A stretch of DNA of 64,000 nucleotides from Candidatus Neptunichlamydia sp. (GCA_965233865.1 OZ247587.1:1440001-1504000), one strand, 5' to 3'; positions 1 through 10,437 are shown, counted from the first letter of the stretch. Numbers and translations are program-made. Notes: generated from the letters alone by a model not told the origin.

Positions 1-80
1 AAGAAGCGCTAAAGGTGCTCTCAAAAAAGAGATACTATTCGGCGGATTTAACATCGTATGAGTATTTATGCCTTGTGTTT

Positions 81-728
81 CTATGAATCAAGCTTCGGCT
101 TATTGGTTAGACGAGCTTGTTTTTTCCTATATTTCTTATACCAGACAAAGGCAATTACCGTCACACCGAAAGCTAAAAATATAAAAAGATTTAAGGTTTT
201 TACTTTGGAAAGAAGGGCTTCATAGTTTTGTCCCAATCGATAAAATCCAAAAAAACAGACGCTTGCCCATATTGAACAAGCGAGTGCATCACGCACAATA
301 AATTTTCTAAAGTTTGCTTTGCTCATTCCCGTTGTCATGAAAATACAGTTCCGGATGCCGAAAGGAATGAACCTCCCCACTAGAAGCGTTAATAAACCAT
401 ATTTTTCATAAAACTTTCCGACTTTCTCCAACTTTTCAGCAGGAAGTAACTTGGAGAAATAACGGATCTTCAGTAGCTTAATGCCGATTTTTCGTCCAAT
501 CCAATAGCAAATTATTGCGGAAAAATATGCTCCAAAGAGAACACTCGCGAATAAAATAGCTGTATGCTCAGGGATCAGAGTTGCTGCCAAAAAGGCAGTT
601 AAAACCATGATCACATCAATGCTAATTGGGATATTTAAGCCTGCTAGTAAGATGAGAGTAAAGACTATTAAAGGGGCGTAGGAGCTGTGCTCAACAATAA
701 AATTTACTAGTGCTTCCATAGCATTCAT
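81..728 (-). CDS. dedA: DedA family membrane protein
   Basis: Hydrophobic protein with YWIGRKIG, FYEKYG and GRFIPFGIRN motifs typical of DedA/SNARE_assoc. Confidence 0.9.
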   Translation of the reverse strand: MNAMEALVNFIVEHSSYAPLIVFTLILLAGLNIPISIDVIMVLTAFLAATLIPEHTAILFASVLFGAYFSAIICYWIGRKIGIKLLKIRYFSKLLPAEKLEKVGKFYEKYGLLTLLVGRFIPFGIRNCIFMTTGMSKANFRKFIVRDALACSIWASVCFFGFYRLGQNYEALLSKVKTLNLFIFLAFGVTVIAFVWYKKYRKKQARLTNKPKLDS

Positions 729-861
729 TATTCCACAATTTTCATAAAATCAGAAGACAAAATTGACAAGTATTCTACTGAAAAGGAAAAAACATGGATT
801 AAAGTTTTGAGGGTAGTTACCTAAAAATTGATAACCCTAACTTTTGAAAAGAAGCGAGCAC

Positions 862-877
862 TGCCAATCATATGCCA
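862..877 (-). promoter_or_regulatory. Candidate sigma54 (-24/-12) promoter upstream of dedA
   Basis: Minus strand reads TGGCAT-ATGAT-TGGCA versus consensus TGGCAC-N5-TTGCW; GG-N10-GC spacing kept, 2 mismatches. Confidence 0.3.
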
Positions 878-1134
878 TTCTTTCCATGCCTACCCTTGGG
901 TTTAAGGAGTAGCGGCTTCAGTATTTTCCATATTTCATCCGTTATTACTTCTCTCACTATAAAAAATTATCTCCTATTTCTATAGGAGTATATGTGAAAT
1001 TAATCTTTAGAGGCAGGACCTACGTACTGGAAAAGAATACTGATAGGAAAGGTAGCGGAGGGAGCAAGAGATTTGTAGAAATTAGTTGCTTGTGGTTTGG
1101 TTTTCCAAAAAGCAGAAATGGGATTAAGAGGGTA

Positions 1135-2721
1135 TTAAGTAGTGGAGACCTTTTGAGTAACTGTGTTTTTAATGGTTGCCAGTTCACCTCCTTCGATATC
1201 GATTTTTTCATCTTGCTTTGTGAGACGGGTAAATTGGCGGCCAAGGGACTGTGCTGCAATGATCCAGCCAAGGACAACAAAAAGGAGAAAGACGCCAACA
1301 AAGGGTGTGCTAAGAGAAACAGTTCCAAAGACCATTAGAAGGCTTCCGTGGACAATCGACCCTCCTGTTTTTCCAAGACGAGATCCCACTCCATCAATAG
1401 CGGCTTTTCCTTTAAATTTTGATTCAAAGCTGAGAGGGATAAACGAAATCTCTTTCGTCGCATCAAAGAGGGTATATTTACATGCCCGCGAGAACACATT
1501 TTGAACTGTTCCAAAGAAAACTCCTAAGGCAAGTGGTGTGAAGCCGAAGAGGGCGCTCCATTTAATGAGGGTAGGGTTCTCTTTGAATAGCATAACGCCA
1601 AAGAAGAAAAGACCTGTGATTATGAGAGCAACGGGGGTAATCAGAGCGCTAAAGGTCCATCCCATCTTGCGAATCATATTTCCACTGATAAAGATAGCGA
1701 TAAATGTGGAAAGAAACCCTATCCATTTGAGAACACTTCCCATGTATGCGTTGAAGTCGTTCGGGTTGGGGTATAGGAAACAAATTTGATCTTTCCAAAC
1801 GATCTCAATCATGTTAATGGCAAGGTTAAAGCCGATGACTAAAGCGGCTATACAAAGAAGATATTTTGATTTTGTGAGGTAAGCAAAGCTTTTTCGCATC
1901 CCCATTTTGACCTTTTTTCGCTCACTTTGATTTTTTACATACTCTTCTTTCATAGTAGGGTCACGGCGGACTACACGGGTGTTGTACCATCGAAAGATTC
2001 CAATGGATAGAAGTCCTGCAAAAATGACAATGGTTGTAACAAGACCTAAGCTTTGTCCCCACGCATCGTCTCCAAAGAAGAAGGAAAGGTCAAATAGTTG
2101 CCCCGAGACAAGAATTGCAATTTGCCCAGCAAAGATAGCGGAAGCATTTGCTCCGACCCCTAAGATTCCGTAGAATCGTTTGGCATCTTTGACAGTCATA
2201 ATCTCATTGGCGAAGGCCCAAAAAAGGACCGACATAATGGCTGTTCCCCACAGTTCTGACATCACATAGAAGAGGGTGAAGGACCAGTTGCGAAACATTG
2301 CGATAAGCCCTTGAAGTTTTGGTGCCATTTCCTCTAAGTGGTCACAAAGCGTATGAGGATGTATGACATCTCTAAGGGGGTAAAGAACAAGAGCAAAAAC
2401 GGCAAAAAAGGACAAAAAGCTCCCGATCATAATGTAAAAAACTTTTTCTTGGGAGAATCGATTGAAAAGGCGGGTAAAAAGGTATGTGACTAAAAGAGCC
2501 ATAGGTAGAATCGCCCAGATCTTAATGAAAGGAATCACAGCGGCTCCTGAGGAGTTAGCCGTAATCACAAGAGCGTCCTTTGCTGCCTTTAGGAGGCTAT
2601 AGTTAAAGCAGATTAGAGCATAGAGAATCAAAAGAGGAAGAAACTTTTTAATTTCCCATCGATGAATAGGCCATAGATAGAGGCGCCAACGGCTGAACTC
2701 TTTATTACCTTTGGACGACAT
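1135..2721 (-). CDS. Nucleotide transport protein (NTT/Tlc, ATP/ADP translocase family), copy A
   Basis: WPIHRWEIKKFLP, AKDALV, FYVMSELWG, KYTLFDATKE and KGKAAIDGVGSRLGKTGG are TLC family motifs; GGAGG SD upstream. Confidence 0.95.
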   Translation of the reverse strand: MSSKGNKEFSRWRLYLWPIHRWEIKKFLPLLILYALICFNYSLLKAAKDALVITANSSGAAVIPFIKIWAILPMALLVTYLFTRLFNRFSQEKVFYIMIGSFLSFFAVFALVLYPLRDVIHPHTLCDHLEEMAPKLQGLIAMFRNWSFTLFYVMSELWGTAIMSVLFWAFANEIMTVKDAKRFYGILGVGANASAIFAGQIAILVSGQLFDLSFFFGDDAWGQSLGLVTTIVIFAGLLSIGIFRWYNTRVVRRDPTMKEEYVKNQSERKKVKMGMRKSFAYLTKSKYLLCIAALVIGFNLAINMIEIVWKDQICFLYPNPNDFNAYMGSVLKWIGFLSTFIAIFISGNMIRKMGWTFSALITPVALIITGLFFFGVMLFKENPTLIKWSALFGFTPLALGVFFGTVQNVFSRACKYTLFDATKEISFIPLSFESKFKGKAAIDGVGSRLGKTGGSIVHGSLLMVFGTVSLSTPFVGVFLLFVVLGWIIAAQSLGRQFTRLTKQDEKIDIEGGELATIKNTVTQKVSTT

Positions 2722-2890
2722 AATCCTCCAGAAAATAGCTCCATAATTGTTGGGGATTCCAAAAAGCCTCGAATACTCGATGAGAAAAAAAGTTCTTTTT
2801 TTCTAAAGGGCAGGCTTGTTTCACAAAAGGCCTCGCCTCAAAAACTTTTTTAACATTACTGTCCCGGATGGAATATCTATACGACTCGAC

Positions 2891-2918
2891 ATTATATCAT
2901 AAGTGAGTTATTTGACAA
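2891..2918 (-). promoter_or_regulatory. Sigma66/sigma70-type promoter of NTT copy A
   Basis: Minus strand TTGTCA-N16-TATAAT with TG extended -10; near-identical copy at 4733-4760. Confidence 0.65.
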
Positions 2919-3027
2919 TGGGAATTATACCCGAATTTTGGAGATTTTCTAGAGGGAAGAGAAGAGTTTTTTAATTTTAATTTATGAATTATTTTAGCAA
3001 TAGAAAATTGTTGATAGTATAATAAAA

Positions 3028-4611
3028 TCAGGTGGTGGAGAGAGTTTGAGTTGTGGGTTTTTTAGTGACTACCACTTCTTCTTCGATATCAATTTTTTCA
3101 TCCTGTTTTGCGAGGCAATTAAATTGACGGCCAAGGGATCTGGCAGCAACGATCCAGCCAAAGACAACGAGAAGGAGGAAGACAGCAACAAAAGGTGTGC
3201 TGAGGGAAACGCTTCCAAAAACCATGAGAAGGCCCCCGTGGACAATCGATCCCCCTGTTTTTCCAAGGCGAGATCCCACTCCGTCGATAGCGGCTTTCCC
3301 TTTAAACTTTGACTCGGAGCTAAGCGGGATAAATGAAATTTCTTTCGTTGCATCAAATAATGTATATTTGCAGGTCCGCGAAATAATGTTTTGAACGGTT
3401 CCAAAAAGGACTCCGATAGCAAGAGGAGTAAAACCCAGAGCAGTGCTCCATGAGATTAGCGAAGAATTGTCTTTAAAAAGAAGGATGCCAAAGAAAAAGA
3501 TTCCTGTGAGTAGCAATGAAACGGGTGTAATAAGAGCGCTAAAGGTCCATCCCATCTTTCGGATCACATTTCCACTCACAAAGATTGCAACAAAGGTGGA
3601 AAGGAATCCTATCGATTTTACAACACCTCCCATGTATGCGTTGTAATCATTGGGATTTGGATGGAGAATGCTGATCTGGTCTTTCCAAATGATTTCAACC
3701 ATGTTGATGGCAATATTGAACCCGATCACAAGGACGGCTATGCAAAGAAGGTATTTTGATTTTGCAAGGTATGCAAAACTTTTGCGCATTCCCATTTTGA
3801 CTTTTTTTCGTTTGGCATGATTTTTTACATGCTCTTCTTTCATGGCGGGATCGCGGTAAACGACATGGGTGTTATACCATTTGAAAAATCCCATAGTTAG
3901 GAGTCCTGTAAAAATCACAATGGTGGTGACAAGGCCCAAACTTTGTCCCCAAGCATCCGCTCCAAAAATGAAGGAAAGGTCGAATATTTGTCCGGAGACT
4001 AGAATCGCAATTTGTCCGGCAAAGATCGCAGAAATATTGGCTCCGATTCCTAGGATTCCATAGAATCGTTTGGCATCTTTAACGGTCATTACTTCATTGG
4101 CAAAGGCCCAAAAAAGGACCGACATGATGGCTGTTCCCCAAAGTTCAGATATTACGTAGAAAAGGGTAAAAGACCAGTTGCGAAGCATTGCAATCATGGC
4201 CTGACATTTTGGGGCAATGGCTTCTAACTGATCACAAAATGCGTGGGGATGGATAACGTCACGTAGGGGGTAGAGAACGAGAGCAAAGATGGCAAAAAAG
4301 AGTAAAAAGCCCCCAATCATGATGTAAAAAACTCTTTCTTGGGAAAAACGATTGAAAAGACGCGTAAAGAGATAAGTGACCAGGAGAGCCATGGGAAGAA
4401 TCACCCAGATCTTGATAAAGGGGAGTACAGCGGCCCCTGAAGAATTAGCTGTAATCACAAGGGCGTCTTTTGCGGATTTCAGAAGATTGTAGTTAAAGCA
4501 GATCAGAGCGTAGAGAATTAGAAGGGGAACAAATTTTTTCATTTCCCATCGATGAATAGGCCATAGATAGAGGCGCCAACGACTGAACTCTTCTCTATTT
4601 TTGGAGGACAT
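3028..4611 (-). CDS. Nucleotide transport protein (NTT/Tlc family), copy B, tandem paralog
   Basis: Highly similar to 1135-2721 over its length; start placed at the ATG at 4611 (MSSKNREEF) by alignment to copy A and a GGAGGGG SD. Confidence 0.95.
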   Translation of the reverse strand: MSSKNREEFSRWRLYLWPIHRWEMKKFVPLLILYALICFNYNLLKSAKDALVITANSSGAAVLPFIKIWVILPMALLVTYLFTRLFNRFSQERVFYIMIGGFLLFFAIFALVLYPLRDVIHPHAFCDQLEAIAPKCQAMIAMLRNWSFTLFYVISELWGTAIMSVLFWAFANEVMTVKDAKRFYGILGIGANISAIFAGQIAILVSGQIFDLSFIFGADAWGQSLGLVTTIVIFTGLLTMGFFKWYNTHVVYRDPAMKEEHVKNHAKRKKVKMGMRKSFAYLAKSKYLLCIAVLVIGFNIAINMVEIIWKDQISILHPNPNDYNAYMGGVVKSIGFLSTFVAIFVSGNVIRKMGWTFSALITPVSLLLTGIFFFGILLFKDNSSLISWSTALGFTPLAIGVLFGTVQNIISRTCKYTLFDATKEISFIPLSSESKFKGKAAIDGVGSRLGKTGGSIVHGGLLMVFGSVSLSTPFVAVFLLLVVFGWIVAARSLGRQFNCLAKQDEKIDIEEEVVVTKKPTTQTLSTT

Positions 4612-4732
4612 ACCCCTCCAAGCCGAAATTGTGTGATTGTAAAAATTCTCGAGAGGTTGCAAAGGTCTGTTGAGAAAAAAATAATTTTTTTTTTAACATG
4701 ATGTCCCTGCATAAGTGCGTGTATGCCCCGGC

Positions 4733-4760
4733 ATTATATCATGAGTAGGTTATTTGACAA
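4733..4760 (-). promoter_or_regulatory. Sigma66/sigma70-type promoter of NTT copy B
   Basis: Minus strand TTGTCA-N16-TATAAT with TG extended -10, duplicated from 2891-2918. Confidence 0.65.
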
Positions 4761-4766
4761 TTGGTA

Positions 4767-5951
4767 TTATTTGGGTGTGAGGGCATCGACTCCGGGAAGG
4801 TGGCCAAATTCGATAAATTCTAGAGATGAGCCTCCTCCGGTGGAAAGATGAGCAAAACTTTTCTCCAATTTTAGATCGCTAATAGCTGCAACAGAATCGC
4901 CTCCTCCGACAATCACATCTCCTGACATCATAGATAAATTTTGAGCGAGCCTTTCTGTGCCATGGGCAAATGAAGGTTCTTCAAACACTCCCATTGGGCC
5001 GTTCCAAAAAATTGTTGCTCCTTTGCTCACAAGGGGAGTCCATTCCTCGACTGTTTGAGGGCCAATATCCATCCCCTTCCATCCTTTTTTGATGCCATCT
5101 TTTGATAGGATTATTTGGATGTCTTGGTCATCGGTGACAACTAAATCTTTGGGGAGGTGAACCTGAATGGCTTTTTCTTCACAAACTTTCAGGAAAGACT
5201 TGGCATTGTCGAGCATTTCATCATCGCAAATGGAATCTCCAATAGAGAGGCCCATCGCTTTGAAAAAGGTAAATGACAGCCCTCCCCCAATAAAAATCCC
5301 GTCTATTTTTTGAGATAATGAGTTGAGGACACCGAGCTTACTCCCAACTTTTGATCCTCCAATGATGGCATAAAAAGGGCGCTTGGGGTTTAAAACAACT
5401 TGAGAGAGGTACGAAACTTCCTTCTCCATAAGGAAACCCATTGCACTGGCTTTGGGGAAAAATTTGGTGATTCCCACAATAGAGGAATGATTTCGGTGGG
5501 CAGCTCCAAAAGCATCGTCAACGTAAACATCGCCTAGTTTCGCAAGGTTTTTTGCAAACTCAGGGTCTGTATCAGGATGCTCTTCTCCTTTGTGAAATCG
5601 AAGGTTTTCTAGCAGAAGAACTTCTCCTACTTGGAGATTCTTTGCAATATTTTCGACATCACTTCCTACACTGCTTGGAGCTAGCATGACGTTTTGCTCC
5701 AAAATGTTAGACAGGTATTGAGCCACAGGCCTCAAGGATAGGTTGGGGTTGATCTTCCCTTTTGGCCTTCCAAAGTGGCACATGAGGATTAGGGAGCCCC
5801 CATGGGCGAGTATATATTCTATTGATGGAAGAGAAGCTTGAATTCGAGCATCGTTCGTGATCATTCCCTCCGCATTGAGAGGGACATTGAAATCAACCCG
5901 CATTAACACCTTCTGCCCTTTGATATCTAGGTCTTGAAGGGAAAGTTTCAT
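4767..5951 (-). CDS. pgk: Phosphoglycerate kinase
   Basis: RVDFNVPL, LLENLRF, DAFGAAHR, WNGPMGVFE, GGGDS, STGGG motifs. Confidence 0.97.
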   Translation of the reverse strand: MKLSLQDLDIKGQKVLMRVDFNVPLNAEGMITNDARIQASLPSIEYILAHGGSLILMCHFGRPKGKINPNLSLRPVAQYLSNILEQNVMLAPSSVGSDVENIAKNLQVGEVLLLENLRFHKGEEHPDTDPEFAKNLAKLGDVYVDDAFGAAHRNHSSIVGITKFFPKASAMGFLMEKEVSYLSQVVLNPKRPFYAIIGGSKVGSKLGVLNSLSQKIDGIFIGGGLSFTFFKAMGLSIGDSICDDEMLDNAKSFLKVCEEKAIQVHLPKDLVVTDDQDIQIILSKDGIKKGWKGMDIGPQTVEEWTPLVSKGATIFWNGPMGVFEEPSFAHGTERLAQNLSMMSGDVIVGGGDSVAAISDLKLEKSFAHLSTGGGSSLEFIEFGHLPGVDALTPK

Positions 5952-6697
5952 AAATTTGAAAAGGGGTTAGAGGCTTGTGTAAAAAGGTTTCCTTGCTTGC
6001 GCTTTTTAAGCTCAGAGCGGAGTGAAAAAAGGAGGTCTTGGTCAAAATTTTGATTCGCAGCCCAACGCAAGTACTCAACGGGGATGTCGCGAAATAGACG
6101 TCCCTTGTGTTTGCCAAGGGGCATTAGTCTGAGGGCAATTGGTTTCTCGAGACGCTTTATGAGTTCTTCAGTCGTCTTAAATTTTCGGCTTAAGTGTTTA
6201 AAAACCTCGATGTTTACGATCACATCATTCATTGCGCGGTGCGCCCCATGAGCTTCGATATTGAAATGTTTTCGTAGGACTTCAAGAGAGTTCGTAGGGC
6301 TTTCTCCATAAAGTCGGGCCATGCGGAGCGTGTCGATATATTTCTGTTTTAATAGATTAGATTTGACATATGATCGTTTTGATTCTGAGTCCAAAAGGGT
6401 TAAGTCAAAGGGGATCCCATGCCCCACAACAATATGATCCCCAATAAAATTTAAATAGTCTGCAGCAACGTTTTTGGCTGAAGGTTTCCCTCGAACCATC
6501 TCATCAGTAATGTGATGGATCTCGATTGTGTGTTGAGGGATCAAAATGCCTGGATCAATGAGATCTTCTTTTGAATCGAGGATTCCGTCAAAAGTGAAGG
6601 TAGCGGCCGCAATTTCAATGAGTCGATCTTTTTTGGGGTCAAGTCCTGTAGATTCGCAGTCAAAGCAGAGAAATGTATCTTTGTGGATTAGTCCCAT
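5948..6697 (-). CDS. dnaQ: DEDDh 3'-5' exonuclease (DnaQ-like) with C-terminal MPLGKHKG domain
   Basis: FDCESTG, HGIPFD, HRAMND exonuclease motifs; position next to tsaE as in chlamydiae. Confidence 0.85.
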   Translation of the reverse strand: MGLIHKDTFLCFDCESTGLDPKKDRLIEIAAATFTFDGILDSKEDLIDPGILIPQHTIEIHHITDEMVRGKPSAKNVAADYLNFIGDHIVVGHGIPFDLTLLDSESKRSYVKSNLLKQKYIDTLRMARLYGESPTNSLEVLRKHFNIEAHGAHRAMNDVIVNIEVFKHLSRKFKTTEELIKRLEKPIALRLMPLGKHKGRLFRDIPVEYLRWAANQNFDQDLLFSLRSELKKRKQGNLFTQASNPFSNL

Positions 6698-7278
6698 AAT
6701 GCCTTGTTCACTTCATGGATAAGTGCTTCTCTGCACTTCCCTTCTTTTATAGAGTACAGTACGGGAGGCAATCCACTCAAGGTTTTCTCACCTTCGATGC
6801 GCTTTAGTGAGACATACCTTTCTGATTGAATGAGTTTATCCCCTTTTGTCAAAACAAGTAGAAGGGGCATATGGATATGCTGTGCCCATTCAATAAACTG
6901 TCGATCTTCAGTTGTGAGTTCTCGCCTAGAGTCAAGGAGAAAAATAATCAGCTTCAGTCCGCGCTCTTTTAAGTATTTGTCAATCCATACTCCCCATTCC
7001 TCTTGAAGACTTTTTGAGGTTTTAGCATAACCGTATCCTGGGAGGTCGACAAGTACAAGAGAATCGTCAATAACAAAATAGTTGATTCGCTGTGTTTTTC
7101 CTGGTTTTGATGAAACTTTTGCAACGGTTTTTGAACGGAGGAGATGGTTAATAAGAGAAGATTTTCCTACGTTAGAGCGCCCCACAACAGCAATTTCAGG
7201 GAGCTCCATATCAGGAAGCTCATCGGTTTTGAGAGCAGATGTTAGAAACACGGCCTTTTTAAAGAGGACTTTCTTCAT
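6688..7278 (-). CDS. engB: Ribosome biogenesis GTPase EngB/YsxC
   Basis: GRSNVGKSSLIN, PGKTQ, DLPGYGYA, TKGDK motifs. Confidence 0.95.
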   Translation of the reverse strand: MKKVLFKKAVFLTSALKTDELPDMELPEIAVVGRSNVGKSSLINHLLRSKTVAKVSSKPGKTQRINYFVIDDSLVLVDLPGYGYAKTSKSLQEEWGVWIDKYLKERGLKLIIFLLDSRRELTTEDRQFIEWAQHIHMPLLLVLTKGDKLIQSERYVSLKRIEGEKTLSGLPPVLYSIKEGKCREALIHEVNKALWD

Positions 7279-7711
7279 AACGGATTATTCGCTCCTTCTT
7301 CCCATGGTATTCAATTTTGATCATCCCTCGATTCGGTGGCAGTATCGGAGCAATTCTTTCTGGCCATTCTACTAAACAGAGAAAACCGAAATATTCATCG
7401 AGACCGCGTTCAAGGAAATCTTGTGGTCCGTTTAGTCGGTAGCAATCGAAGTGATACAGAGTTTCTTTTCCTTCATAAATATTGAGGTAATTGAAGGTGG
7501 GGCTATTAATTTCATTAGGGGATAGTCCTGTAATCCTTGCTGCAATCCCCTTAATGAGAGTTGTCTTCCCCGCTCCTAGATTCCCTGTGAAACAGATGAC
7601 CTGTTCTCTAGGGATCAATTGACCAATTTCCTCTCCAATGGAAACGGTTTCTTCTGGAGATTTACTGATTCTCTTCAATCCAACGAGCGACATGGGTCTC
7701 AAATTCATCAT
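7259..7711 (-). CDS. tsaE: t6A biosynthesis ATPase TsaE
   Basis: GNLGAGKTT, SPTF, YHFDCYRL, VEWPE motifs. Confidence 0.95.
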   Translation of the reverse strand: MMNLRPMSLVGLKRISKSPEETVSIGEEIGQLIPREQVICFTGNLGAGKTTLIKGIAARITGLSPNEINSPTFNYLNIYEGKETLYHFDCYRLNGPQDFLERGLDEYFGFLCLVEWPERIAPILPPNRGMIKIEYHGKKERIIRYEESPL

Positions 7712-8417
7712 GGGCGCTCATCGCTTCGACAAACGCGGAAATTCTAGTATCGTCGAGTTGTTCTTGAATAAAAGCGAGGAAATGCTCTTCAATCTGATAG
7801 CGGTTTTGAGAAGGAACATCGACAAGTTCCATACTCTTGAGTTGATTCTTTTCAAAGTCGTCAAGGACTGCCTTCTTGCTGTTAAACAGCTTTCCAGTCA
7901 CTCCGGATGAAAAAACGATTTTAGAGATAGGCTCGCGCCTTTTCTGAATATAATTTTTAATGACATCAGGATCTTCAGAAACAAAAAAGCGTTTTACTTT
8001 GATTCCGTCGAGTCTTTCCTTGTTCTCAGGGCATTTTGATACCCAGTCGTAAATCGCATCTTGAGGATTAGGGTGAATATTATCTCCAAAAACTTTACCA
8101 GTAAAGGGGCAGATATAGATTTTTTTCGTTGCTGCATTGACCGATTGTGTACCGACTTGAATCTTTATCTCTGTCTCACGCCAAAGTTTTCCGGTTTCTT
8201 CAAGCCTTTTCAAGAGATCAGTTTTGCTCTGAAAGATTGTTTTCTCCCGCAAGAACAGGACAGGCTGGATATTGTATTTTTTTTCGAGAAAAAAAAAGTA
8301 AGTCGTTAATAGATCAGACTTTTTGTGTTTCTTTAGGTAGTCAGCCAGGAGATCTTTCAGACTTGGGGTAATGATGGTACTTATCATTTCACATAATCCT
8401 TGATTCAATTTTGCCAA
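7662..8417 (-). CDS. Conserved chlamydial hypothetical protein (DUF2709/CT538-like); start may be the ATG at 8387
   Basis: IYICPFTGKVFGDN..PNPQDAIYDWVSKCPEN motif; adjacent to tsaE as in Chlamydia. Confidence 0.8.
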   Translation of the reverse strand: MAKLNQGLCEMISTIITPSLKDLLADYLKKHKKSDLLTTYFFFLEKKYNIQPVLFLREKTIFQSKTDLLKRLEETGKLWRETEIKIQVGTQSVNAATKKIYICPFTGKVFGDNIHPNPQDAIYDWVSKCPENKERLDGIKVKRFFVSEDPDVIKNYIQKRREPISKIVFSSGVTGKLFNSKKAVLDDFEKNQLKSMELVDVPSQNRYQIEEHFLAFIQEQLDDTRISAFVEAMSAHDEFETHVARWIEENQ

Positions 8418-8712
8418 CCCATTCTATCGGAAAAAATCTTTATCTTCAACCCTGAACCTATACCGTATTAAAGAACTCTTTTGAAAAGGATTATTTGACA
8501 ACGCTATTTAATACCATTCGTAAAAAATAAAGTCATAAATTAGCCCAAGATCTTGAGCAGAGATTCTTCACTCTGGTTGGAATGTCGACAAATACTCCTA
8601 ATGTTAAGAGTGGTCTTAGTATTATGATTTTCCATAAATAAATATTTATTGAGGTGGGTGGGGAGGTAACAATCTTGACAATTTTAGGGAGAGAGCCGCA
8701 TGATGGACCTCT

Positions 8713-10431
8713 ATGGAAAATTTAACAAACCAGCTCCAGAAGCAAGCAAGCCATGTGATCAAGGAATTATTTCCTGAGGCTGATTCTGTAGCCGATATCG
8801 CTAAGAGTACAAACCCCCAGTTTGGGCACTACCAGTGCAATTCTGCGATGAAACTTGCAAAGGCTTTGAAATTCAATCCTCGAAAGATTGCAGAGAAAAT
8901 TCTTGAAAAGTGGCCAAAAGAGGGGATGATTGAAAAACTTGAGGTTGCTGGTCCAGGTTTTATAAATATTACGTTGTTACCGGAGTTTCTTTCCAAGCAA
9001 GTCACTGAGGCCGCTGCTGATCCTCGGCTAGGGGTATCATCTCTCAAAAAAAAGAAGAAAGTGATTGTAGAATTTTCCTCTCCTAACGTGGCAAAAGAAC
9101 TCCATGTGGGTCATCTCCGCTCTACAGTAATAGGGGAGAGTTTAGCTCGCCTGTTTGAATTTTTAGGACACGATGTTCTTCGCTTAAATCACATTGGAGA
9201 TTGGGGAACGCAGTTTGGAATGCTCATCACTTACCTGAAAGAAAAAGAACCAGATGTTCTTGCCGGAAAAAAAGAAACCAACCTTTCTTCCTTGATGAAC
9301 TGGTACAAAGACTCGAAAAAGGTATTTGATGCCGATCCAGAATTCAAAAAACGGGCTCAACTCCAAGTGGTTAGTCTGCAGGGAGGAGATCAAGAGACCC
9401 TTAACGCATGGAAAAGGATCTGTGAGATTTCTCGCCGAGGGTTTTCAGAGATTTACACATTTTTGGATGCCAATCTTACCGAGAGAGGAGAATCTTTTTA
9501 TAATGAGCGTCTTCCTAGAATCGTTGAGGAATATGAAAAATCGGGAATTGTTGAAATTTCTGATGGGGCAAAGTGTGTGTTTCTTGAAGGATATGAAATT
9601 CCTATGATTTTGCAAAAATCTGATGGAGGATTCAACTACGCTTCAACAGATGCGGCGGCCCTTGCGCAACGTGTGAGAGAAGAGCACGCAGAACGGATTA
9701 TTTATGTGGTTGATGCAGGGCAACAACTGCACTTCCAAATGGTTTTCAAAGCCGCGCTGAAAGCGGGAATTTATGATCCTGAAAAGGTGCAAGTTGAACA
9801 TGTTCCTTTTGGGGTGGTTCTTGGCTCTGATGAGAAGAAATTCAAAACGCGATCTGGAGAAACAGAAAAACTTATTGATCTTCTTTCTGAAGCAGTACGT
9901 CAAGCGCGTATTCTCTTGCAAGAGCGCCTTCAAGATGGGACAGAAACAGAAATTGATGAGCTTGCTCATATTCTCGGTGTTGATGCAGTCAAATATGCCG
10001 ACCTCTCTTGCCATCGTGTTAAAGATTATATTTTTAGCTACGACCGCATGCTGAAGTTTGAAGGAAATACTGCCGCGTACCTCTTATACTCCTATGTACG
10101 CATTCAAGGAATCAAAAGAAAATGCAACAAAGACATTCATGTTCTTTATGCAAACACCCCCATCATCTTAAAACATCCTACAGAGATTGCTCTGGGCTTG
10201 CAATTGCGTCAATTTGGAGAAACGCTTGCTCTTATGGATCGCGATCTTCTCCCTAATCGCCTTTCTGATTACCTCTACGATTTAGCTGAAAAGTTTCATG
10301 CTTTTTTTCGCGACTGTCGCGTTGAAGGGGTGGATGAAGAAAGTAGCCGGCTTGTTCTGTGTGAGCTAACAGCACGCATCCTCAAACAAGGACTTCAAAT
10401 CCTTGGCCTGAAGACGATGGATCGAATGTAA
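8713..10431 (+). CDS. argS: Arginine--tRNA ligase
   Basis: FGHYQCN, SSPNVAKELHVGHLRST, NHIGDWGTQFG, GNTAAYLLYSYVRI. Confidence 0.97.
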   Translation: MENLTNQLQKQASHVIKELFPEADSVADIAKSTNPQFGHYQCNSAMKLAKALKFNPRKIAEKILEKWPKEGMIEKLEVAGPGFINITLLPEFLSKQVTEAAADPRLGVSSLKKKKKVIVEFSSPNVAKELHVGHLRSTVIGESLARLFEFLGHDVLRLNHIGDWGTQFGMLITYLKEKEPDVLAGKKETNLSSLMNWYKDSKKVFDADPEFKKRAQLQVVSLQGGDQETLNAWKRICEISRRGFSEIYTFLDANLTERGESFYNERLPRIVEEYEKSGIVEISDGAKCVFLEGYEIPMILQKSDGGFNYASTDAAALAQRVREEHAERIIYVVDAGQQLHFQMVFKAALKAGIYDPEKVQVEHVPFGVVLGSDEKKFKTRSGETEKLIDLLSEAVRQARILLQERLQDGTETEIDELAHILGVDAVKYADLSCHRVKDYIFSYDRMLKFEGNTAAYLLYSYVRIQGIKRKCNKDIHVLYANTPIILKHPTEIALGLQLRQFGETLALMDRDLLPNRLSDYLYDLAEKFHAFFRDCRVEGVDEESSRLVLCELTARILKQGLQILGLKTMDRM

Positions 10432-10437
10432 TACCTC

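Noticed and set aside
1..86. Possible 3' end of a plus-strand gene at the window start
   Set aside because: Too short to identify or to fix the frame
994..1338. Plus-strand 114-aa ORF with AGGAG SD and GTG start
   Set aside because: More than half is antisense to the NTT gene, and the paralog produces a similar shadow ORF (3046-3312); no recognisable motif
1020..4063. Pairs of similar short ORFs over both NTT genes
   Set aside because: Alternative-frame or antisense shadows; their similarity just reflects the NTT duplication
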